A DNA stretch of 39,917 nucleotides, taken from the sequence record MZ726794.1; one strand, given 5' to 3'. The stretch is from Escherichia phage vB_EcoA_ASO2B. Position 1 is the stretch's first letter, and every line of letters starts with the position of its first letter. The translations under genes and the position numbers were made by a program. Positions 1 to 7,977 of this stretch are shown in pieces. The notes under the pieces are model-generated. The model had not been told where the DNA came from and searched no databases. It worked only from the letters and a program-made list of their open reading frames with translations.

Positions 1-100
1 AGGTCAACGATAGGTCTAGGCTATGGCTTATGGAAGGACGATAGGTAGAGGCTATAGGTCTTCTTTGAGTCTCTATCTGTATAGTGTTATAGTATAACAT
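1..100. repeat. Distal part of predicted direct terminal repeat (wraps from window end); boundaries approximate
   Basis: Bases ~60-100 (tctttgagtctctatctgtatagtg...) parallel the 3' end of the T7 terminal repeat just before the short-repeat array. Start of repeat inferred at ~39790. By analogy only; no second copy present in window. Confidence 0.35.
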
Positions 101-103
101 TAC

Positions 104-217
104 GTCCTACACCTACAGTCTCACTAACCTACAGTCTCACTAACCTACAGTCTCACTAACCTACAGTCTCAACCATAAGACACCAACACCTACAGTCATA
201 GACCTACAGTTACTAGA
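104..217. repeat. Left short-repeat array (SRL-like), ~7 tandem units with core CCTACAG
   Basis: Seen directly: acctacagtctcacta repeated at 111-126, 127-142, 143-158, degenerate copies to ~217. Analogous to T7 CCTAAAG arrays adjacent to the terminal repeat (concatemer processing/packaging region). Confidence 0.7.
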
Positions 218-321
218 CACAGAGCTATAGACTTAAGGTCCAAGACATGTTAGTCAAAGACTATATCCTCTTACACCATGAGGCCGACGATAGCTTAATC
301 AATATTATTTCAAATTACCTA

Positions 322-350
322 TTGACTATAGGTCAAGGATATGGCCTAAT
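322..350 (+). promoter_or_regulatory. Candidate host sigma70 early promoter (A1-like)
   Basis: TTGACT (322-327), 17-bp spacer, CCTAAT (345-350); located where T7 has its strong early host promoters. -10 element is weak; inference. Confidence 0.3.
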
Positions 351-461
351 AGCTTCCGTCAACACGACACGGCAACAACCGGATAGTGAAGACGCCGGTC
401 CGGTCCGGTTAAGTAGTCAGCCTGTAAGACATACGAACAACAGGCAACCGACAGAAAGTAG

Positions 462-491
462 TTGACAAGAAGTATATAATTAAAGTATTAT
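462..491 (+). promoter_or_regulatory. Candidate host sigma70 early promoter (A2/A3-like)
   Basis: TTGACA (462-467), 18-bp spacer, TATTAT (486-491); followed by gcagtaagac, resembling the T7 A2 region. Inference. Confidence 0.35.
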
Positions 492-733
492 GAATCTAAA
501 GCAGTAAGACGCCACCACGGAATTGGTAGCAGGTACACTCTAACCGCCTCACTAAGAGTAAATTGAGGGGCCGGGCTTCACCGAGTGAAGAAGGTCTGAT
601 TGTCGGATACTAAGTTACTACCTATAGCGCGGTAACAGAGAACGTTGGGAACTACGCAATACCCCGAGTTGGACAGCCAACAATGCTCTTTAACAATCTG
701 GATAAACTCTTAATGTACGCCGATAGCGACTAA

Positions 734-784
734 CTACAGGGCCTTTGAGTCTACATCTGAAGGCCCTGACTGATAGTCACTAAC
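734..784 (+). promoter_or_regulatory. RNase III-type processing hairpin (R0.3-like) preceding first early gene
   Basis: agggcctt...aaggccct inverted repeat followed by ctgactgatagtcactaac, a motif recurring before successive early genes; preceded by gctctttaacaatctgg, as found upstream of T7 R0.3. Confidence 0.45.
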
Positions 785-791
785 TTAACGG

Positions 792-1046
792 ATGAACACT
801 ATGAAACACTTAAGCACAATCACTAATCACAATGAAGTATTCGTGAACACTAAAGGTTATGCGTGGATTCAGCTTAAAGAGATGACAGGAGCGCGTCACC
901 GTGTGGTAGTGCGCAAGGTCTCAAGCAAGCCGTTCAGCAACTACAGCATAGATACTGTGCGCATAGACAACGAGACCTACCTGATAGATTCGCAGATAAC
1001 CGTGAGTCCTACAGCGGGCGTCTCAGCTCCTTATTTCGCTAACTGA
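792..1046 (+). CDS. Hypothetical early protein (84 aa)
   Basis: ORF exactly fills the gap between two R-site hairpins in the early region; weak SD; no recognisable family. Confidence 0.45.
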   Translation: MNTMKHLSTITNHNEVFVNTKGYAWIQLKEMTGARHRVVVRKVSSKPFSNYSIDTVRIDNETYLIDSQITVSPTAGVSAPYFAN

Positions 1047-1066
1047 GAGTGATTAACTACAGGTCG

Positions 1067-1101
1067 TTAGACTTATAGCGGCCTGACTGATAGTCACTAA
1101 C
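1067..1101 (+). promoter_or_regulatory. RNase III-type processing hairpin upstream of ocr
   Basis: ctacaggtcgttagacttatagcggcctgactgatagtcactaac; shares the gcctgactgatagtcactaac arm with the site at 734-784. Confidence 0.45.
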
Positions 1102-1119
1102 AACTGAGAGGATATAACT

Positions 1120-1650
1120 ATGGAACGTAACGCTAACGCATACTATGAGCTGCTGGCTGCAACCGTTGAGCTGTTCAATGAGCGTATTCAGTGCGACGAA
1201 ATAGCTGAAGGCGATGACTACAGTGATGCGCTGCATGAGGTCGTAGACGGTAATGTTCCGCATTATTACCACGAGATTTACACGGTGATGGCTGCTGATG
1301 GTATTGACAATGAGTTCGAAGACTCTGGGCTGATGCCTGAGACCAAGGACGTAACGCGTATACTACAAGCTCGCATCTATGAGGCACTGTATAACGATGT
1401 GTCTAATAGCTCTGAGGTGGTCTGGTTTGAGGCTGAAGAGGAAGACGAAAAGGCTGAAGAGGAAGACGAAAAGGCTGAATATTGGGTAGTTGACACTAGA
1501 ACAGGCGAGATAATTGAGGCAGCTGTATCACTTTGCGAGGCTATTGCATGTGCAAAAGAACTCTATGAGGAAGGTTTTCACATGCAAGTCGAAGACATCA
1601 ACGATAACGTAGTGTTCGATCCTGAGGCTGCTGAGGAGGACTGCGAGTGA
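1120..1650 (+). CDS. ocr: Ocr-like DNA-mimic anti-restriction protein (T7 gene 0.3 homolog), 176 aa with extended acidic C-terminus
   Basis: Translation contains [43 protein letters not shown], closely matching the T7 Ocr core ([43 protein letters not shown] as I recall it); strong SD gagagga; highly acidic. Confidence 0.85.
   Translation: [176 protein letters not shown]
1432..1479 (+). repeat. Perfect 21-bp tandem duplication (gctgaagaggaagacgaaaag x2 plus partial third) inside ocr
   Basis: Seen directly; encodes [16 protein letters not shown] in the acidic tail of Ocr. Confidence 0.85.
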
Positions 1651-1817
1651 TGGTAACTTATGGTCTCTGCCAGCACCACGTCACCAACGCCCGGCTTATG
1701 GTCAAGACCGGGAGATTAAACCACGAGGAGTCTATGCGTCTCTTGAAAGTGGTCTACAGGAGACGCAAGCGCATACACGACAGCCTACACGCTGAGGACA
1801 AGAAATATTTACCATAG
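1650..1817 (+). CDS. Possible small basic early protein (55 aa), start overlapping ocr stop (TGATG)
   Basis: ATG at 1650 overlaps the ocr TGA (1648-1650); ORF MVTYGLCQHHVTNARLMVKTGRLNHEESMRLLKVVYRRRKRIHDSLHAEDKKYLP ends at TAG 1815-1817; below the ORF-track size cutoff; occupies the gap before the next R-site. Confidence 0.25.
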   Translation: MVTYGLCQHHVTNARLMVKTGRLNHEESMRLLKVVYRRRKRIHDSLHAEDKKYLP

Positions 1818-1856
1818 CCTGACCATAACGCTGACAGGTGGGTACTGAGTGTTAAA

Positions 1857-1902
1857 CTACAGGTCATCTACATGGTGGCCTGAGTGATTACCACTTGATA
1901 AC
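1857..1902 (+). promoter_or_regulatory. RNase III-type processing hairpin
   Basis: ctacaggtcatctacatggtggcctgagtgattaccacttgataac; shares caggtcat...ggtggcct with the late R-sites. Confidence 0.45.
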
Positions 1903-1919
1903 TACAGAAGGAAAGAATA

Positions 1920-2267
1920 ATGACTGCTAAAACTCGCAATGTATTCTCGGTAGCATTTAAACTCAACGTTGTTAACTACTACACCTCTCTGCCTGAGGGA
2001 GTTATGGATAGGGTGACTGAAACCGCCCAAAAGTTCGGGGTGGGAACGAGTTCGGTGAAGCGCTGGTTTACTCAGTATATCCGTGGTGAGCTTGCCATGG
2101 AAAACGCTATTGCGGTGAGTCGCCGGCCTTCTAAGGTAATAACAGGTGATATTTACCACCTTGCAGGAAAGGACTTCAAGTCCAAAGAGGAGGCGATACG
2201 CTATGCGGTTGAGCTTGCTGGTGGGCTGACTGTAAGCAAGATGACCACTGTATCGGTGGAAGTGTAA
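1920..2267 (+). CDS. Hypothetical early protein (115 aa) with probable N-terminal helix-turn-helix
   Basis: SD aagga 8 nt upstream; N-terminal segment VVNYYTSLPEGVMDRVTETAQKFGVGTSSVKRWFTQY resembles the HTH of IS3-family transposase N-termini (pattern recognition only). Confidence 0.5.
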   Translation: MTAKTRNVFSVAFKLNVVNYYTSLPEGVMDRVTETAQKFGVGTSSVKRWFTQYIRGELAMENAIAVSRRPSKVITGDIYHLAGKDFKSKEEAIRYAVELAGGLTVSKMTTVSVEV

Positions 2268-2277
2268 CCGTGTAAGG

Positions 2278-2345
2278 CCTAGCTGAGTGATAGACGAGAG
2301 GTCATCGACTGATAGGTGGCCTCAAAGATTACCACTTAAATTGAT
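2278..2345 (+). promoter_or_regulatory. RNase III-type processing hairpin
   Basis: aggcctagctgagtgatagacgagaggtcatcgactgataggtggcctcaaagattaccacttaaattgatag; paralog of the site at 1857-1902. Confidence 0.4.
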
Positions 2346-2442
2346 AGAGGTTAACTATGAGTGTTGGACATTGGGTATGCTTATCTCCGGTCATCTTTCT
2401 GATAGCTTGGGGGATATACGACTGTATTAAACGGAAATCACT

Positions 2443-2640
2443 ATGAGTCTTGCACTATTGATAGCCATAGGCTATGGACTTATCGCCTACGTGCTGGTGA
2501 GAGACATCAATAAAGCGCATAGAGTATACAAATTAAACTATGTACGTCTGGGCCGCTGGACTGTACGTCAACCTAACGGACGATTCATGCGCAACTTAGC
2601 GAACGTCTGGGATATAGCAACTATTGGGAGCAAACTGTAA
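2443..2640 (+). CDS. Hypothetical small membrane protein (65 aa)
   Basis: N-terminal hydrophobic helix LALLIAIGYGLIAYVLV followed by a basic tail; stop overlaps next start (TAATG). Confidence 0.4.
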   Translation: MSLALLIAIGYGLIAYVLVRDINKAHRVYKLNYVRLGRWTVRQPNGRFMRNLANVWDIATIGSKL

Positions 2641-2900
2641 TGAAAACCGTATACATTAACAAGCCATCTATCCGTAGCCGTATAGAGCAAATACAGCGTG
2701 ACGAGTTCTTACATCGCCGCATGAAGGCTGAGGGCCATGAATCCGAACTGATGTGTCTGGCGTATGGTGGACGACCAATCACTGACGATGGTAAACTTTT
2801 AGTCTCAGGCTGGAAGGCGATGGACCAACGGTCAACCATCAAGCACACGACCAATGGTGACTTCAGCCATCTCCACGCTAACCAACTGATATGCAAGTGA
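2640..2900 (+). CDS. Hypothetical early protein (86 aa)
   Basis: ATG overlaps upstream stop (translational coupling); occupies the slot immediately upstream of gene 1 where T7 has the 0.7 kinase, but is far too small to be a kinase. Confidence 0.45.
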   Translation: MKTVYINKPSIRSRIEQIQRDEFLHRRMKAEGHESELMCLAYGGRPITDDGKLLVSGWKAMDQRSTIKHTTNGDFSHLHANQLICK

Positions 2901-2905
2901 TTATG

Positions 2906-2926
2906 ACTTAACTATCACTTTAGGAC
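2906..2926 (+). promoter_or_regulatory. Phage RNAP promoter variant (ttaactatcactTtagga) upstream of gene 1
   Basis: Matches the 11-member promoter family except A->T in the TATA element. Confidence 0.5.
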
Positions 2927-2997
2927 TAAAGGTCTAAGACTACAAGTGAAAGACCAAAGAGACTCTAAGTGAAAGACTAATAACAAGGACTTTAAGT

Positions 2998-5679
2998 ATG
3001 AGCGTCATCTCTATTGATAAACACGACTTCTCTGATGTGTCGAACGCCATTGAGCCGTTTAACCTGCTGGCTGACCACTACGGGCAGGACCTTGCAGTCA
3101 AGCAGCTTCAGCTTGAGCATGAGGCATACACTGAAGGCGAGCGACGTTTCATCAAAAACCTTGAGCGACAGACTGAGCGCGGGGAACTGGCAGACAATCA
3201 GGTCGCCAAGCCTTTGATGCAGACTCTGGTTCCTAAGATTGCGCAAGCCGTCAGGGAGTGGTATGAAGGTCCAGACGGGAAGCTGTCAACCTCTCGTCCT
3301 AGCGTAGCGTTCACCATGTTAAGCACCGAAGAGAAGGCCGTCAAGGACCGCTCTCTGCGTATCCCTTGCGAGTCTGCTGCGGTCATCATACTGAAGGTCA
3401 TACTCTCCAAGCTGGTAAAGCCTGAAGGGATACCGATTACACCGATGGCCTCCGCGATAGGTCGCACACTTGAGGACGAAATCCGCTTCGGTCGCATCCG
3501 TGACAAAGAGAAAGAGCACTTCAAGAAGGCGATAGCTGATAACCTGAATAAGCGGGCCGGGGCGTCCTACAAGAAAGCCTACATGCAAGCGGTCGAGACA
3601 TCCATGCTGGAGCAAGGCCAACTGGAAGATGCGTGGGGAACTTGGAGTCCTACAGAGGCTGTCCACGTGGGCATCAAGATGCTTGAGATTGTCATCCAGT
3701 CAACACAACTGGTCGAGCTTAAGCGGTACGGTGCTGGCAATGCAGCGGCTGACGTAGAGATGGTCCACCTGTCAGACTTCTGGGTAAAGAAGATGGCACA
3801 ACGAGGATTCAGCCTTGCGGGTATAGCTCCAGTCTACCAGCCTTGCGTCGTTCCACCTAAGCCGTGGACTGGTGTCGTAGGTGGTGGGTACTGGGCCAAA
3901 GGTCGCAGACCGCTACCCCTGATTCGCTTAGGGTCTAAATCAGCGGTGGCACGTTATGAAGACGTATACATGCCTGAAGTCTATGACGCTGTGAATATCA
4001 TCCAGAATACACCTTGGAAAGTGAACAAGAAGGTACTGGACGTGGTGAACATGGTCGAGAAGTTGAACAAAACGCCTATTGATGACATCCCTCAGATGGA
4101 GCCACTGAAGCCTGAAGACTATGCGGGTGAGACTGAGGAGGAACTCAAGGCATGGAAGAAGGCTGCTGCTGGTATCTATCGCCGCGAGAAGGCCCGACAG
4201 TCGCGAAGATTGTCACTGAGCTTTATCGTTAACCAAGCGAACAAGTTCTCTCAGTTCAAGGCCATCTGGTTCCCGTACAACATGGACTGGCGTGGGCGCG
4301 TCTACGCTGTGCCGATGTTCAACCCTCAAGGTAACGACATGCAGAAAGGTCTCCTTACTCTGGCAGTCGGTAAGCCTATTGGTGCTGACGGTTTCAAATG
4401 GCTGAAGGTCCATGGTGCAAACTGCGCGGGTGTTGATAAAGTCACCTTCGAGGAGCGCATCAAGTGGGTGGAAGACAACCACGACAACATTATGGCTGCT
4501 GCTAAGGCACCTATGGATAGCATTGAGTGGTGGGGCAAGTTAGACTCTCCGTTCTGCTTCCTTGCGTTCTGCTTCGAGTATGCTGGTGTAATGCATCACG
4601 GATTGTCTTACTCCTGCTCATTACCGATAGCGTTCGATGGGTCATGCTCAGGGATTCAGCACTTTAGCGCGATGCTTCGTGATCACATAGGTGGACATGC
4701 AGTAAACCTAACGCCTTCCGGTAAGGTCCAAGACATCTACCGAATCGTGTCCGACCGCATTGAGGAAGAGCTTAAAGTCCTGCTGGTTAACGGCACAGAC
4801 AACGAGATGGTAACTCACGAGGACAAGAAAACTGGTGAGATTACCGAACGCCTCAAGCTGGGGACACGAGAGCTGGCCCGGCAGTGGCTGACTTACGGCA
4901 TGTCACGCAAGGTCACTAAGCGTTCAGTAATGACTCTGGCCTATGGGTCGAAAGAGTACGGCTTCGCAGACCAAGTTTATGAGGACATCGTGATGCCGGC
5001 GATTGACTCAGGGTCTGGCGCTATGTTCACCGAACCAAGCCAAGCGTCCCGCTTCATGGCTAAGATGATTTGGGAAGCTGTGAGCGTGACCGTAGTTGCT
5101 GCGGTTGACGCAATGAAGTGGCTTCAGGGTGCTGCCAAGCTGCTGGCTGCTGAAGTGAAGGACAAGAAGACTGGAGAAATCCTGAAGCCTTGCCTTCCGG
5201 TACACTGGGTAACACCTGATGGTTTCCCGGTCTGGCAGGAATACCGCAAGAAGGATACCACCCGTCTGAATCTGATGTTCTTAGGGTCATTCAACCTTCA
5301 ACCTACGGTCAACAAAGGCATGAAGAAAGAGTTGGACAAGCAAAAGCAGGAGTCAGGCATTAGCCCGAACTTCGTCCACTCACAAGATGGTAGCCACCTA
5401 CGCAAGACTGTAGTCCACACGCACCGCAAGTATGGCGTGATGTCCTTCGCAGTGATTCACGATAGCTTCGGGACCATCCCTGCTGACGCTGAGTATCTGT
5501 TCCGTGGTGTCCGTGAGACGATGGTCGAGACCTACCGCGATAACGATGTGCTGCTTGACTTCTACGAGCAGTTTGAATACCAGCTTCACGAGAGCCAGCG
5601 CGACAAGTTACCTGAGCTTCCGAAGAAAGGTAAACTGAATATCGAAGACATTCTGTCTTCAGACTTTGCATTCGCTTAA
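2998..5679 (+). CDS. Single-subunit DNA-dependent RNA polymerase (T7 gene 1 homolog), 893 aa
   Basis: Size and position as T7 RNAP (883 aa); C-terminus ...DFAFA as in T7; conserved segments e.g. RRPLPLIRLGSKS, FDGSCSGIQHFSAMLRD, HDSFGT. Confidence 0.97.
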   Translation: MSVISIDKHDFSDVSNAIEPFNLLADHYGQDLAVKQLQLEHEAYTEGERRFIKNLERQTERGELADNQVAKPLMQTLVPKIAQAVREWYEGPDGKLSTSRPSVAFTMLSTEEKAVKDRSLRIPCESAAVIILKVILSKLVKPEGIPITPMASAIGRTLEDEIRFGRIRDKEKEHFKKAIADNLNKRAGASYKKAYMQAVETSMLEQGQLEDAWGTWSPTEAVHVGIKMLEIVIQSTQLVELKRYGAGNAAADVEMVHLSDFWVKKMAQRGFSLAGIAPVYQPCVVPPKPWTGVVGGGYWAKGRRPLPLIRLGSKSAVARYEDVYMPEVYDAVNIIQNTPWKVNKKVLDVVNMVEKLNKTPIDDIPQMEPLKPEDYAGETEEELKAWKKAAAGIYRREKARQSRRLSLSFIVNQANKFSQFKAIWFPYNMDWRGRVYAVPMFNPQGNDMQKGLLTLAVGKPIGADGFKWLKVHGANCAGVDKVTFEERIKWVEDNHDNIMAAAKAPMDSIEWWGKLDSPFCFLAFCFEYAGVMHHGLSYSCSLPIAFDGSCSGIQHFSAMLRDHIGGHAVNLTPSGKVQDIYRIVSDRIEEELKVLLVNGTDNEMVTHEDKKTGEITERLKLGTRELARQWLTYGMSRKVTKRSVMTLAYGSKEYGFADQVYEDIVMPAIDSGSGAMFTEPSQASRFMAKMIWEAVSVTVVAAVDAMKWLQGAAKLLAAEVKDKKTGEILKPCLPVHWVTPDGFPVWQEYRKKDTTRLNLMFLGSFNLQPTVNKGMKKELDKQKQESGISPNFVHSQDGSHLRKTVVHTHRKYGVMSFAVIHDSFGTIPADAEYLFRGVRETMVETYRDNDVLLDFYEQFEYQLHESQRDKLPELPKKGKLNIEDILSSDFAFA

Positions 5680-5694
5680 TAACAGGAGAAGTAT

Positions 5695-5925
5695 ATGTCA
5701 ATGAAACTTGTAGCACACAACAAAGCATTCAACGATGGGTCGGGACGTTGTCATGTAGAGCTGACTTATAAGGATTTAGTCATTCTCAGAGACAGATTAC
5801 AAGCTGGTGTTACTGGGTGGATTCAACCTAACGAGTACAACCTTATCGCTTCGATTGACGAAGTGCTTAACGCGTGGAGGGAAGACGAGCGCACTCAGTA
5901 TCCATCATTCCCTACAATTAGATAA
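5695..5925 (+). CDS. Hypothetical protein (76 aa) downstream of RNAP
   Basis: SD aggaga 7 nt upstream of ATG; no family recognised. Confidence 0.5.
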   Translation: MSMKLVAHNKAFNDGSGRCHVELTYKDLVILRDRLQAGVTGWIQPNEYNLIASIDEVLNAWREDERTQYPSFPTIR

Positions 5926-5935
5926 GGAGCTAGTT

Positions 5936-6151
5936 ATGAAATTTGCACACAAGCATACTGGCGTTAATGGTGGGACTCAAATCGTGACCGTAACAGAACA
6001 CAACGGCGCGGGTCTGGTGAAGACCACGGTCATCCCGACCAAGATGTCCAAGCAGCTTAACATCCCGTTCAAGACTCTTGTAGATCTGGTCGAGTCCAGC
6101 CACGAGAAGTACCTGAAGGACGCAGTGTCCAAGCTGGAGCAGGCCAAATGA
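5936..6151 (+). CDS. Hypothetical protein (71 aa)
   Basis: Internal ATG at 5936 of track ORF 5807..6151, preceded by SD aaggag (5924-5929); the longer track ORF would overlap the upstream gene. Confidence 0.5.
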   Translation: MKFAHKHTGVNGGTQIVTVTEHNGAGLVKTTVIPTKMSKQLNIPFKTLVDLVESSHEKYLKDAVSKLEQAK

Positions 6152-6225
6152 CAGACCTACAGTCACTGGCCTTGTGGCTAGGAGCACTCGCAGTATTCAC
6201 TTTAATCCAACGCAGAAGAGGTTAA

Positions 6226-6248
6226 CCCTAAACTATCACTATAGGATT
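6226..6248 (+). promoter_or_regulatory. Phage RNAP promoter (ctaaactatcactatagga)
   Basis: Consensus core; position equivalent to T7 phi1.1. Confidence 0.75.
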
Positions 6249-6292
6249 AGACTCAAGGTCATGACTCAAAGTCGTGGCCTTCATGATTAACC
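6248..6292 (+). promoter_or_regulatory. RNase III-type processing site (R1.1-like)
   Basis: tagactcaaggtcatgactcaaagtcgtggccttcatgattaac; same motif at 13468 and 36784; resembles T7 R0.3 (actcaagg...gtgccctttatgat). Confidence 0.55.
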
Positions 6293-6321
6293 CTAACGTA
6301 AACTACTGGAGATTTAACCAC

Positions 6322-6501
6322 ATGTATCAGAACACTATCAACTTTGAGCGCATCCGTGAACGTCAGCAGACTGAAGACTACATCCCGAAGGGACGCAAGC
6401 TGAACAAGATCAAGCGTGGTGGTGGTGTCAAAGGCGCTTTCCGTAATGCTGAAGGTAAAGACTCTCTGGTCAACCAAGAGAAATACTTCGTAGGAGCATA
6501 A
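6322..6501 (+). CDS. gp1.1-like small basic protein (59 aa)
   Basis: Internal ATG 6322 with SD ggag; contains KGRKLNKIKR like T7 gp1.1 (KGRKLNKTKR); the upstream part of track ORF 6274..6501 lies within the R-site. Confidence 0.6.
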   Translation: MYQNTINFERIRERQQTEDYIPKGRKLNKIKRGGGVKGAFRNAEGKDSLVNQEKYFVGA

Positions 6502-6505
6502 CCAA

Positions 6506-6769
6506 ATGGGCCGACTTTATAGTGGCATCCTCAACGCTTTCAGAGCAGCGTGTAACAGGCTCTACCAGTTAGACTTCGCTGTTATATCTCAGGAGTTTCA
6601 AGACCATGTGTCACGCCAAGAGTGCATGAGACTCAGGGTGGAGGACCGAGCTGGTAACATCTTCGCGCTTGAGACCTTCACACACTACGATGAAGACGTG
6701 CTGTATAATACTGCAACCAACTACCTCAACGGTCTCGCTGACCATATCGACACATGGAGCAAAGCATAA
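6506..6769 (+). CDS. gp1.2-like protein (host dGTPase inhibitor homolog), 87 aa
   Basis: Begins MGRLYSG..., with ...HYDEDVLYN, matching T7 gp1.2 (MGRLYSGNL..., HHDEDVLFN). Confidence 0.85.
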   Translation: MGRLYSGILNAFRAACNRLYQLDFAVISQEFQDHVSRQECMRLRVEDRAGNIFALETFTHYDEDVLYNTATNYLNGLADHIDTWSKA

Positions 6770-7845
6770 TGACAACTATTAAAACCAACCCGCACCGCGC
6801 TGTAGATTACTCTGAGTCTGGCGTTAAGAAGGCACTGGAAGCAGCCGGGTCTCTGGAAGCTGAAGTGAAGTACGACGGTGTGCGCCTGAATCTCCCGGTC
6901 CTGCGTGAAGGTGAGACCTACTGGCTGAGTCGTGAGTCTAAACCTCTTCCAGCCTTGGAGTGGATGAACTCTGAGTTAGGGAATGCGTGGACCCAAGCTG
7001 ACTGGCGCTGGTTCCTACGTCAAGCTGGCTACGAAGGTGTGGGCATGATGATTGATGGCGAGGTCATGGTCAAAGGTGTAGACTTCAACACCTCCTCAGG
7101 TCTCATCCGCACGAAGTGGCTGAAGCCTAACAACGAGGAGTTCGCTGAATGCTATCCGTGGCGCGGTAAGAAGGTCCCGTTCTGGGCCGCCCGGTCAAGA
7201 CTTCAGGTTGTGGTATACGGTGTCGTAGACATGACAACCATTGCTGACCCGAAAGCCGAAGGTCCTATCCATAGCGTCACACGCCTGAAGGCCGAAGCTA
7301 TCGTCCCTCTCCTCCAGAAATACTTCCCGGAAATCGACTGGGTTCTGTCTGAGTCACACACGGTCTATGACCTTGAGTCGCTCAACTCCCTGTACGAAGA
7401 GAAGCGTCTGGAAGGACATGAGGGTCTGGTAGTCAAAGACCCGCTTGGTAAGTGGAAGCGTGGCAAGAAGTCAGGCATGTGGAAAATGAAGCCTGAGGAT
7501 ACCATCGACGGGACCGTATGCGGACTCGTGTGGGGGACTCCGGGTAAGGCTAACGAAGGTAAGGTCATCGGCTTCGAGGTTCTGCTGGAGGACGGAATGG
7601 TAGTTAATGCTTGTGGTCTGACTGAAGAACAGAAGGACGAGTTCACAGCTAACGTCGCTGAATCTAGTGGTTATACCTTGGCTGGTGGCCCTGTGGTTAT
7701 TCAGGATGGGACCGAGAAGATCAACCCATACGAAGGCTGGCAGTGCGAAGTCCTCTTCATGGAGCGGTTCCCAGATGGTTCCCTTCGTCACCCTAGCTTC
7801 AAGTGCTGGCGCGGAACGGAAGATAACCCAACTGTTAAGAGTTAA
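6754..7845 (+). CDS. ATP-dependent DNA ligase (T7 gene 1.3 homolog), 363 aa
   Basis: Adenylation motif KYDGVR (EVKYDGVRLN); size as T7 ligase (359 aa); followed by the early terminator. Confidence 0.92.
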   Translation: MEQSIMTTIKTNPHRAVDYSESGVKKALEAAGSLEAEVKYDGVRLNLPVLREGETYWLSRESKPLPALEWMNSELGNAWTQADWRWFLRQAGYEGVGMMIDGEVMVKGVDFNTSSGLIRTKWLKPNNEEFAECYPWRGKKVPFWAARSRLQVVVYGVVDMTTIADPKAEGPIHSVTRLKAEAIVPLLQKYFPEIDWVLSESHTVYDLESLNSLYEEKRLEGHEGLVVKDPLGKWKRGKKSGMWKMKPEDTIDGTVCGLVWGTPGKANEGKVIGFEVLLEDGMVVNACGLTEEQKDEFTANVAESSGYTLAGGPVVIQDGTEKINPYEGWQCEVLFMERFPDGSLRHPSFKCWRGTEDNPTVKS

Positions 7846-7855
7846 CTAAATTTCA

Positions 7856-7895
7856 ACCCAGTGGTCTTAGCGGACTGCTGGGTTTCTTTGCTTTG
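7856..7895 (+). terminator. Early rho-independent terminator (TE-like)
   Basis: Stem AACCCAGTGGTC / GACTGCTGGGTT (7856-7885, with G-U pairs), loop ttagcg, then tctttgctttg. Confidence 0.7.
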
Positions 7896-7929
7896 TGCTA
7901 GCAAGCTATAGTCTTGGCCACCAGCTAGA

Positions 7930-7952
7930 CCCTAAGCTATCACTATAGGACA
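7930..7952 (+). promoter_or_regulatory. Phage RNAP promoter variant (ctaagctatcactatagga)
   Basis: Core atcactatagg present; upstream aaGctat variant. Confidence 0.65.
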
Positions 7953-7977
7953 ACCATCAACAACCTAAGGAGACTCT

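Noticed and set aside
111-174. Tandem direct repeats as a possible CRISPR array
   Set aside because: Units are contiguous with no spacers, 16 bp long, and mirrored by a similar array at the other genome end; typical T7-type terminal short repeats.
247-465. 72-aa + strand ORF near the left end
   Set aside because: Overlaps the region containing candidate sigma70 promoters and is non-coding in the equivalent T7 region; no SD; composition unlike neighbouring genes.
462-480. TTGACA paired with TATATAAT (473-480) as a sigma70 promoter
   Set aside because: Spacer would be only about 7 bp; the downstream TATTAT (486-491) with an 18-bp spacer is the more plausible -10.
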